Shown here: positions 42,835 to 50,835 of the stretch, piece after piece
Layout: every line of letters starts with the position of its first letter
Numbering within the stretch: position 1 is the stretch's first letter
Assembly (NCBI GenBank): GCA_965198175.1
Contig: OZ240245.1
Span: forward strand, 352,001-416,000
Length of the DNA: 64,000 nucleotides
Source: Candidatus Poribacteria bacterium
GTDB taxonomy: Bacteria; Poribacteria; WGA-4E; PCPOR2b
Reading direction: 5' to 3'
Program-made: the position numbers and the translations under genes
Notes under the pieces: generated by a model
Seen by the model: the letters and a program-made list of their open reading frames with translations, nothing else
What the model was told of the DNA's origin: nothing
Databases searched by the model: none

Positions 42835-44640
42835 ATGATGGAAAAGACCACAATCAATGAGCAACTGCAGGATACAATTAACCAACACGGTTCAAAAGCG
42901 GCGTTATCCAGCAAAGTAGATGGAGCGTATCAAGACATCTCCTACGATGAACTTGGGGTTCGGGTGAAGCATCTTTGCCTAGGTTTAATCGAGGTTGGAG
43001 TGCAGAAGGGGGATCGGGTTGCTCTGCTGTCAGAAAATCGTCCAGAGTGGGCAATAAGCGATCTCGCAATTCTTGCCGCAGGTGGAGTCAACGTTCCAAT
43101 GTTCTCTACACTGACGCCCCCGCAAGTTGAGCACATTGTGAGGGATTCTGGGGCAAAGATTATCTGTGTTTCCAGTGAAAAACAGTGGCAAAAGGTTGAG
43201 GCTTTTAGAGCAAACATTGACGACCTCAAACAGGTCATCATCTTCGATGCAGCTGATTCGGAAAAGAGTGACGGGGTACTCACATTTGATCAGGTCTGCG
43301 AATTAGGAAAGAAGACGGAAGACGGAGATTTGGTTTACCAAAAATCACGCGACGCTGTCACGCCCGACGACCTCGCCACGATTATCTATACCTCTGGGAC
43401 AACGGGTCAGCCCAAAGGAGCGATGTTGGCTCACAACAACTTCATGTCAAACGTACGCGCATGTTCCGAGATTGTCGGTTTTGCCGATGCGGACGTTTTC
43501 CTGTCTTTCCTTCCATTGGCGCACGTATTCGAGCGGATGGGAGGGCATTATCTGCCGTTGAGTTGTGGAGCGACTGTTGCGTATGCTGAAAGTCCATCCT
43601 CGGTTGCCCAGAATATGAAGGAAATCCGTCCCACTATCATGATGAGTGTGCCCCGCCTCTACGAACTGATGCATGAGAAAATTATCAGTGCGGTACAAAA
43701 GGGGTCATCCCTCAAACAGAAGATTTTCTATTGGAGCGTGGGGGTTGGTGAAAAAGTAAGCCAAGCAATTCAACAGCAGAAGAAACCTTCTGCAATCTTA
43801 GGATTAAAGTATGGTCTTGCAAACAAGCTGGTTTTCAATAAACTTCAGGAAGCGACGGGGGGGCGGTTACGCTTCTTTGTCTCTGGTGGCGCCCCATTGT
43901 CCAAATCCATTGCAGAATTCTTCCACGCCGCCGGGATCTTGATTCTCGAAGGCTACGGTCTGACAGAGACTTCACCCGTGATTAGTGTGAACCGTCCGGA
44001 TCAGTGGAAATTCGGCACTGTGGGGACACAGATTGCGGGATTTGAGGTCAAAATTGCGGAAGATGGAGAGATTTTGTCGCGTGGTCCGCACATTATGCAG
44101 GGCTATTTCAACAAGCCAGAGGAGACGGCTGAAGCTATTGACGCGGATGGGTGGTTTCGTACAGGCGACATCGGGGAGATGGATGCGGACGGTTTTCTGA
44201 AAATCACTGATCGGAAGAAAAATATTATCGTGCTTTCTAACGGAAAAAACATCGCGCCGCAGCCCATCGAGAATCAACTCACGCAAAGTCTATACATCAA
44301 TCAAGTAATGCTCATCGGGGATCAGCGCAAAAGCGTCTCTGCGCTTATCGTGCCGAATTTTGATGCCATCAAAGAGTATGCCGCAGAAGAAGAGCTTGAT
44401 ACCAAGGACATTGCGCAGCTGATCGAGACAAAAGAAATCCGCCAACTCATCCGTAAGGAAATTGAGCGGCTCTCAACGGCTTTAACCGACTTTGAACGGG
44501 TCAAGATGTTTACTTTGCAAGATCGAGAATTTACCCAAGAGGCTGATGAGATGACACCGACACTGAAGCTCAAGCGCAAAGTCATCCTTGAAAGGTACGG
44601 GAATAAGATTGAAAAGATGTACGGCGGCGAGAGCAATTGA
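42835..44640 (+). CDS. Long-chain fatty acid-CoA ligase
   Basis: YTSGTTGQPKG, EGYGLTE, TGDIG, DRKK, TLKLKR. Confidence 0.93.
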   Translation: MMEKTTINEQLQDTINQHGSKAALSSKVDGAYQDISYDELGVRVKHLCLGLIEVGVQKGDRVALLSENRPEWAISDLAILAAGGVNVPMFSTLTPPQVEHIVRDSGAKIICVSSEKQWQKVEAFRANIDDLKQVIIFDAADSEKSDGVLTFDQVCELGKKTEDGDLVYQKSRDAVTPDDLATIIYTSGTTGQPKGAMLAHNNFMSNVRACSEIVGFADADVFLSFLPLAHVFERMGGHYLPLSCGATVAYAESPSSVAQNMKEIRPTIMMSVPRLYELMHEKIISAVQKGSSLKQKIFYWSVGVGEKVSQAIQQQKKPSAILGLKYGLANKLVFNKLQEATGGRLRFFVSGGAPLSKSIAEFFHAAGILILEGYGLTETSPVISVNRPDQWKFGTVGTQIAGFEVKIAEDGEILSRGPHIMQGYFNKPEETAEAIDADGWFRTGDIGEMDADGFLKITDRKKNIIVLSNGKNIAPQPIENQLTQSLYINQVMLIGDQRKSVSALIVPNFDAIKEYAAEEELDTKDIAQLIETKEIRQLIRKEIERLSTALTDFERVKMFTLQDREFTQEADEMTPTLKLKRKVILERYGNKIEKMYGGESN

Positions 44641-44779
44641 AGTTTCACCGTTGGGCAATAAGCCTTTTGGTCTGTTTGTCGATAAATCCAGGCATCTCGT
44701 TTTGTCAACATGCGCAACGGCAATCCGGTGTTTGACTTTTCGTCCCAGCATGGAGCCATATTAAGAGTAAGAGGAAACG

Positions 44780-45778
44780 GTGCCAACAGGACGAATAAAA
44801 TATTACAACCCAGACAAAGGTTTTGGATTTATCGCTCAAGACAACGGCGAAGCCGATGTTTTTTTGCACGTCTCTGCAATTAACTGGGTGGACGACGAGC
44901 TTGGAGCGGGACAACGGGTCAAATACGATATTACCGAGGGCAAGCGGGGACTTGTGGCTCGAAACGTTGAGGTCTTACTCACCCAACTTGAGCAAAAGTG
45001 GCTTCGTCAAGGCAAGGTGATTATCCCTCGTGATTACCCAAGGTTCACTTCGCGAGAGCAAAGCAAAACCTATGATGAGGGCAAATCGAATTTGTCTCAA
45101 CAGCCAATTCGACCAGCATCAGTTGTATCGTCGAATTCGCAGACATCGGAACAATCTGTTGAGCTACCGCCTTCCAGACCGGACGTTGAACCGCATGATT
45201 TCGAGCCGACCGAAAAAGATAATCCGAATCAGAAGTTAGTAGCATCAACTGCTCAGTCTGAATCTAGCCGCAAGAAACCCGAACATGTTACTTTTGGCAA
45301 TCTATACATACAAAAACAGATACGGCTCCAAACATCAATGATTTTTGGGCTGTACAATCACGAGCAGCGCTCTAGTACGATTCGCGAATTCACCCAATAC
45401 ACTTTTACGCTGCAAGGAGAAGAAGAAAACCAAGAAATTCCGAAAACGCAAGTTAAATACTGTTATAAAGCTGAAGACGCGGAAGCAGTGCAGGCGCTCA
45501 TGCGATACGATGAGGAAATCAGATCGCAAGAATTAAAGTCGATTGTGTCTCGGAAGAAACGTTACCAAATCGACACGCGAGAAATTCAGCTGGCGTGTAA
45601 GGAAGAATACCCAATCGAAGTAATTATGCACGAGGGGGAGATTTTTCGAGGAATGGTGGATTGGGTCAGCCCATACGAGATTAAGATGGTTTTAGAAAAC
45701 GGATCGAAAGTTGTTGTTTTCCGGCATGCCATCTGCAAATTTCAGGCATTTCCATCTGAAAAACAAAGGGGTGATTAA
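44780..45778 (+). CDS. Cold-shock domain protein with two C-terminal Hfq/Sm-like domains
   Basis: KGFGFI/VFLH RNP motifs; C-terminal VVVFRHAI resembles Hfq MVYKHAI. Confidence 0.8.
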   Translation: MPTGRIKYYNPDKGFGFIAQDNGEADVFLHVSAINWVDDELGAGQRVKYDITEGKRGLVARNVEVLLTQLEQKWLRQGKVIIPRDYPRFTSREQSKTYDEGKSNLSQQPIRPASVVSSNSQTSEQSVELPPSRPDVEPHDFEPTEKDNPNQKLVASTAQSESSRKKPEHVTFGNLYIQKQIRLQTSMIFGLYNHEQRSSTIREFTQYTFTLQGEEENQEIPKTQVKYCYKAEDAEAVQALMRYDEEIRSQELKSIVSRKKRYQIDTREIQLACKEEYPIEVIMHEGEIFRGMVDWVSPYEIKMVLENGSKVVVFRHAICKFQAFPSEKQRGD

Positions 45779-46445
45779 GATTACATCAAAACTCGTTAAG
45801 ATTAAGCAACCGATGGGGACACAGAAGGATAACGGATACTTCAACTCAAACTCGGTGATGGGACAGTATCGACATCTAATGCGGGAAGTCGAAACTGAGA
45901 CACAGCGTTTGTACGAAGCGCGAGGCAGCTTCCCTTGCCCTTCCAACTGTTTTGATTGCTGCCGCAACACAGCGACGATGTTAATCAGCGAAGTAGAAGG
46001 GCAGGACCTCAAAGTAGGACTAAAAAAACTTGCCCCAGAGATACGGGCGCATATCCGTAAGAAAGCCAACCGATCCGTTCGGAGACTTGAGCAAATCGGA
46101 TATTCTCATGAACAGATGACAAGGGACGCTGGAATGGAAGCGGTCGAAGTGCTGAAAGGGAAACCGGAGGCGGAATGCCCGATGCTTATTGGTGGCGTCT
46201 GTTCGGTTTACGAGCATCGCCCATTGATTTGTCGGGTGTGGGGATATCCAATCAACAATGGGAGTGAATTAGCGTGTTGTCGTAAAACTTTTATCGGTCA
46301 ACGGCGACTTTTCAAACCAATTGACTACGCACGTTACTGGAAGACATGCCGGGATTTAAGCAAAAAGATTGGGACCGAAGAGAAAACACCGAACGCTTAT
46401 CTTGTTGTTAGGCTGCTCGTTGAAGAAGGGGACGCAAAAGGGTGA
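45771..46445 (+). CDS. YkgJ family cysteine-cluster protein
   Basis: CPSNCFDCC, CPML, CSVYEHRPLICR; start uncertain (GTG 45771 or ATG 45813). Confidence 0.88.
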   Translation: MIKITSKLVKIKQPMGTQKDNGYFNSNSVMGQYRHLMREVETETQRLYEARGSFPCPSNCFDCCRNTATMLISEVEGQDLKVGLKKLAPEIRAHIRKKANRSVRRLEQIGYSHEQMTRDAGMEAVEVLKGKPEAECPMLIGGVCSVYEHRPLICRVWGYPINNGSELACCRKTFIGQRRLFKPIDYARYWKTCRDLSKKIGTEEKTPNAYLVVRLLVEEGDAKG

Positions 46446-46479
46446 GTGGGTATGTAGCTTAAGAGACCTACGGACGTGC

Positions 46480-46800
46480 TTATGGCGAAGAATTGGTGGA
46501 GCTTGAGTTAAGAGATCGCAGTAATTCAAAGGGATAGATACCCGTTTTGTGGCCGTCATTCCAAGTCAAGCGGATTGCATAACGACCAACGGGTTGGATA
46601 TTAACGACTTTAAGATTCTCGAAAAAATCTTCAGAAGGCAACACCCGCAGTGGGTTCTCATCTTTTCGCACCGCTTTGCAACGGGCACATGGGCACTTTT
46701 GCCGCAACAACTTATGAGAATGCTCGCTGCGATGACCATCACTCCATTGAATGGCTATCCCGTCTAATAAACGCTTTATCTGGGTTGGCTGATGTATCAT
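46480..46800 (-). CDS. DUF971 / GBBH-like N-terminal domain protein
   Basis: WSDGH, LR..CPCARC, VGRYA, WNDGHKTGIY. Confidence 0.9.
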   Translation of the reverse strand: MIHQPTQIKRLLDGIAIQWSDGHRSEHSHKLLRQKCPCARCKAVRKDENPLRVLPSEDFFENLKVVNIQPVGRYAIRLTWNDGHKTGIYPFELLRSLNSSSTNSSP

Positions 46801-46916
46801 TGTTTGCGCTGCTTGATAATTCGCGGCACAATAACTTCAGAAACGGGTGTCATCTCAGTCCTGTAAACATTAAAGCTGAAATCACTACCCGTCTGAAATT
46901 TTGTGAGCAATTATCG

Positions 46917-47174
46917 CTACTGGAAATAATCCGCGTTGATTTGGGTGAAGCGTTCCCATTCTTCTGGAACATCTTCGTCCATGAAGATTGCTTCGACCGG
47001 ACATTCTGGTTCACATACACCGCAATCAATACATTCTTCAGGATCGATGTAAAGCTGGTTGACGTTTTCAAAGTTATCTGCCTGCGATGTTGGGTGAATG
47101 CAGTCAACAGGGCATACGTCAACGCAGGCGGTGTCCTTGACATCAATGCACGGTTCGGTGATGACGTAAGTCAT
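46917..47174 (-). CDS. Ferredoxin (7Fe FdxA type)
   Basis: CIDVKDTACVDVCPVDC...CIDCGVCEPECP. Confidence 0.95.
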   Translation of the reverse strand: MTYVITEPCIDVKDTACVDVCPVDCIHPTSQADNFENVNQLYIDPEECIDCGVCEPECPVEAIFMDEDVPEEWERFTQINADYFQ

Positions 47175-47317
47175 AAATAGTAAATCCTCCTTGTGAACTG
47201 AATTGATGATTTTTCTTCAGACCGTGTGTGCGAAGGGACAATCGTGCTTCTAAGTCTTTGCCTCCTCCTCGACGCAAATCAGTAAGCTTTTTTCTATCCA
47301 TATCACCAATAAAAATA

Positions 47318-47346
47318 ATCATATCACATCAATCTGGCTTTGTCAA
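47318..47346 (-). promoter_or_regulatory. Promoter for ferredoxin
   Basis: TTGACA-17 nt-TATGAT with TG extension. Confidence 0.7.
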
Positions 47347-47426
47347 ATAGATTCACGCATTTTCGATTTTCCGCATAAACTGGTGATAGTAGAAGGCGAA
47401 GGTTATATTCGGGGCATTCAGAGTCG

Positions 47427-48728
47427 TTAATTTCTCGATTGTCCCATCAAGCGTTCAATTTCACCAATCGTTTTCGGGACTTTAGCAGTCAGAACTTCAC
47501 AGCCGGACGTGGTGACGAGGACATCATCTTCAATCCGTACTCCAATTCCTAAATACTTCGGATTGATATTTTCGCTGTCGGCGGCGATATAAAGCCCCGG
47601 CTCAACGGTCATAACCATTCCCGGTTGGAACGTCTTATGTGTTTCGCCTTCCTGAATTTTCGTTGGGTCGTGAACGTCTAGCCCCAACATATGTCCAATC
47701 CGGTGCATGTAAAACTGTTTATGCTTCTCGTCTTCAATCAACTTCTCTTTCTCGCCAGCTAACAAGCCAATTTTCAACATGCCCTCGGTCATCAACGCTA
47801 TTGACTTCTTATTGGGTTCATCAATTGGTACACCGGGACGGATAGTTTCGATTGCGGCGAGCTGAACATCAAGCACAAGCTGATAAATCTCGCGTTGTGC
47901 TTCGGTAAATCTGCCGTTTGCCGGGGACGTCCGCGTTATATCGCCGCTATAGTATTTGTACTCGCACCCTGCATCAATTAAAACTAGGTCGCCATCCTGA
48001 ATTTGGCGATTGTTAGCAGTATAGTGTAGTGTCGTGGCGTTTGCACTGCTTGCCACAATTGTTGGAAACGCTGGATTACTTCCTTCGCTTTTACGGAAAA
48101 TCGAATCAATTAACGCCTCTACTTCATATTCGTACAGGCCGGGTCGGAGGGTCTTCATCGCCATGATATGCGCATCAACGCTAATTTCCACTGCCCGTCG
48201 GATACGTGTGAGTTCTGCGCCACTCTTGATGAGACGCATTTCGCCGAGAATCTCGCCCGGATCGATCAACGTATTAGGTCCTGTTCCTTGCTGTGCGCGA
48301 TGACGACCATACTGCTTGCAGAGTTCGATTATCTTTCGATTAAAGACTTCATCGGAGCTGAAACTGTAGTAAATTCGATTCGCATCTTTGAGATATTCGT
48401 GGATTATATGGTCAAACTCGTTGATTGGATAGGCTTCATCGGCACCAAATACGGCTTTCGAGCCCTCGACTCCCACACGTTTTCCTGTCCATATTTCCTG
48501 CTCTGGGGCGCGAGGGCTGACAAATAAAACATATCGGTGTTCGGGATGGTCTGGCGCAAGGACGCAGATTGAACCCGGTTCCTCAAAACCGGTTAAATAG
48601 TAGAAATTACTGTCTTGACGGTATTTATATTCGATGTCATGGGTACGTAGAGCAGGTAATGCGCTTGGGAAAATTGCAATCCCTCCCTTAATCTGACGCA
48701 TAAATTCCTTGCGCTTACTTTCATTCAT
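47427..48728 (-). CDS. pepP: Xaa-Pro aminopeptidase
   Basis: YRQDSNFYYLTG, DAG...DITR, GHMLGLDVHD, EPG, RIEDD. Confidence 0.95.
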   Translation of the reverse strand: MNESKRKEFMRQIKGGIAIFPSALPALRTHDIEYKYRQDSNFYYLTGFEEPGSICVLAPDHPEHRYVLFVSPRAPEQEIWTGKRVGVEGSKAVFGADEAYPINEFDHIIHEYLKDANRIYYSFSSDEVFNRKIIELCKQYGRHRAQQGTGPNTLIDPGEILGEMRLIKSGAELTRIRRAVEISVDAHIMAMKTLRPGLYEYEVEALIDSIFRKSEGSNPAFPTIVASSANATTLHYTANNRQIQDGDLVLIDAGCEYKYYSGDITRTSPANGRFTEAQREIYQLVLDVQLAAIETIRPGVPIDEPNKKSIALMTEGMLKIGLLAGEKEKLIEDEKHKQFYMHRIGHMLGLDVHDPTKIQEGETHKTFQPGMVMTVEPGLYIAADSENINPKYLGIGVRIEDDVLVTTSGCEVLTAKVPKTIGEIERLMGQSRN

Positions 48729-48743
48729 TCGTTATCTCTCCTT

Positions 48744-49526
48744 TTATTCCTCCTGAACCGCGCTAATCTCATCTTGCGAGATCTTGTGGACACTTTTCGG
48801 GTTAAACGTCTGTTGTGTCTCGACTCTCAGCGCGACTTCGATTCTCCCCCCGGTCAGGACGAAGAACTGAATTAGAAACCCACCACCCTCCATTGATTCG
48901 ACCTGATACTGATCTGCCCCTAATCCCTCAACCCACGTCGTCATTGCGGTTGCGAAATCAGAATGATTGATAGCCTCTTGGGGTAAAGCGATGATGAGTG
49001 TTCCCGGTTCGTCGCCGATTGCTTCAGTGATAATCGCCCGTGTCTTAACCATGAAAGGCACCACCCGGCTTGCGTACTCGAACTCGTCATCGCTGGTGCG
49101 CTCTGGAGGAACAATGCCCCAGGTCAGGTGGTGGATGAACGGGTTCCCGTAGCCTTGGCTGAGCATGTGCTCTAGACCAGGTTCATCGACTGGGTGCACA
49201 ACTGCAACGTAGTCAAACCAACCTCGACTTCGTGCAGCGCTATCCTCGCGCAATCTTGCGGAAACATTGATATAGTCGTAACCATCCACCGGCGAAGGAT
49301 AGCAGCGGGCATCCCAGCCCGATATGTAGCCGAGCTGTTTCAAAGGCCCGGCGACGAGATGTGGCGGGTCGGTAAAAATCGCTGCGTGATCGAGGTTAGG
49401 CAGCAGTTGCACGCTTGCTGTAGCGATCTTTTCAGCAACTTCCGATGCCTCTTTCAAACGTTCTTGAGCATTTTCAATGATGAGATAATCCGCGAAATCT
49501 TCCGGCAAAATAACTGAACTTCCCAT
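48744..49526 (-). CDS. Hypothetical protein, probable VOC-fold metalloenzyme
   Basis: LDHAA, FIHHLTW, FLIQFF...IEV..R; GGAGG RBS. Confidence 0.6.
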   Translation of the reverse strand: MGSSVILPEDFADYLIIENAQERLKEASEVAEKIATASVQLLPNLDHAAIFTDPPHLVAGPLKQLGYISGWDARCYPSPVDGYDYINVSARLREDSAARSRGWFDYVAVVHPVDEPGLEHMLSQGYGNPFIHHLTWGIVPPERTSDDEFEYASRVVPFMVKTRAIITEAIGDEPGTLIIALPQEAINHSDFATAMTTWVEGLGADQYQVESMEGGGFLIQFFVLTGGRIEVALRVETQQTFNPKSVHKISQDEISAVQEE

Positions 49527-49712
49527 GATAGACCTCCAGTCCCTTATAAGTCCAAGTTGGGAGCAGGGTGACGCGTGGAACCTGAATGTTAAGATTGGTT
49601 TCGGAATTAAGAATGAGCATCGGCGCTAAATGATAATCGAAATGTATTTGAAAATCAAGGGTTATCCAAACACAAGAGGTATTAACAGAATTCGCAGAAT
49701 GGCTTAGAAACA

Positions 49713-49741
49713 TTGCAATCGGTGGATAAATGTGATAAAAT
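49713..49741 (+). promoter_or_regulatory. Sigma70-type promoter
   Basis: TTGCAA-17 nt-TAAAAT with TG extension. Confidence 0.7.
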
Positions 49742-49826
49742 CGGCGTGTGAATAGCGGCTAGAGCCCGTTGATACTCACGACACCGAAAGGAGAGTAGCT
49801 ATCCAGATTTTTAGCCGCGGGAACGG

Positions 49827-50807
49827 ATGAAAGCAATTATCAGAACGAGTGATGGTGGCCCGGAGGTCTTAAGGTTGACGGAAATTCCGGCACCTATCCC
49901 TGGTCCTAAACAGTTGTTGGTTGACGTGAAAGCAACCGCACTTAATCGATTGGATACGCTTCAACGGAGAGGACTATATCCACCGCCTTCGGGTGAATCT
50001 GAGGTTCTCGGATTGGAGATTGCTGGCACTGTCGAAGCGATGGGTGATGAAGTCGCAGGTTTCAGCCGTGGCAATCGCGTGTTCGGCTTGATAGGCGGCG
50101 GCGGATATGCTGAGCAGGCTATAATTGATTACCGAATGGCAATTCCGCTTCCCGATGGATGGAGTTTTGAACAAGCCGCGGCGATACCAGAGGTATTCTT
50201 TACCGCTAACGAAACTCTATTTACTTTGGGTAGGTTGCGTCAAAACGAAACCGTGCTTATCCATGCAGGCGGCAGCGGCGTCGGGACAGCGGGAACGCAA
50301 ATGGCGCATCAAATTGGCGCTCGTGTGTTTATTACCGCTGGATCTGAGGATAAAATTAAGAAAAGTAAGGCGCTCGGTTGTACAGAAGGTATCAACTATA
50401 AAGCATGCAATTTCGCCGAAGAAATCATGCGATTGACAAAGGGAGAGGGAGTAGACGTTGTTCAGGATTTTATTGGCGCGCCTTATCTCGAACGGAATCT
50501 GTCCATCCTGAAGCCGCGCGGACGCCTACTTATAGCGGGACTGATGGGCGGCAACACTGTAGAAACTAATCTGGGACATATCCTGAGAAAACGTCTACAA
50601 ATTTTTGGATCGGTGATGCGTTCTCTCCCAATTGAGGAAAAGATTCAGATCACGAAGCGTTTCGTGAATCGCTGGCTTCCTCTGCTTAGGGAGGGCAGAA
50701 TCAAACCGATTATTGATACAGTCATGCAGTTGTCTCAAGCACGCGAAGCGCATGAATATATGGAGTCCAATAAGAACTTTGGTAAGATTGTTCTCAAAAT
50801 TGAGTAA
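49827..50807 (+). CDS. NAD(P)H:quinone oxidoreductase, PIG3 family
   Basis: LNRLD..QR.G.YPPP.G, GGGYAE, HAGGSGVG, GKIVL. Confidence 0.93.
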   Translation: MKAIIRTSDGGPEVLRLTEIPAPIPGPKQLLVDVKATALNRLDTLQRRGLYPPPSGESEVLGLEIAGTVEAMGDEVAGFSRGNRVFGLIGGGGYAEQAIIDYRMAIPLPDGWSFEQAAAIPEVFFTANETLFTLGRLRQNETVLIHAGGSGVGTAGTQMAHQIGARVFITAGSEDKIKKSKALGCTEGINYKACNFAEEIMRLTKGEGVDVVQDFIGAPYLERNLSILKPRGRLLIAGLMGGNTVETNLGHILRKRLQIFGSVMRSLPIEEKIQITKRFVNRWLPLLREGRIKPIIDTVMQLSQAREAHEYMESNKNFGKIVLKIE

Positions 50808-50835
50808 TGCGTTATAATCGACATTGGTGATATCC

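Noticed and set aside
46650..47180. 176-aa plus-strand ORF and other antisense ORFs in the track
   Set aside because: Shadow frames of well-supported genes on the opposite strand
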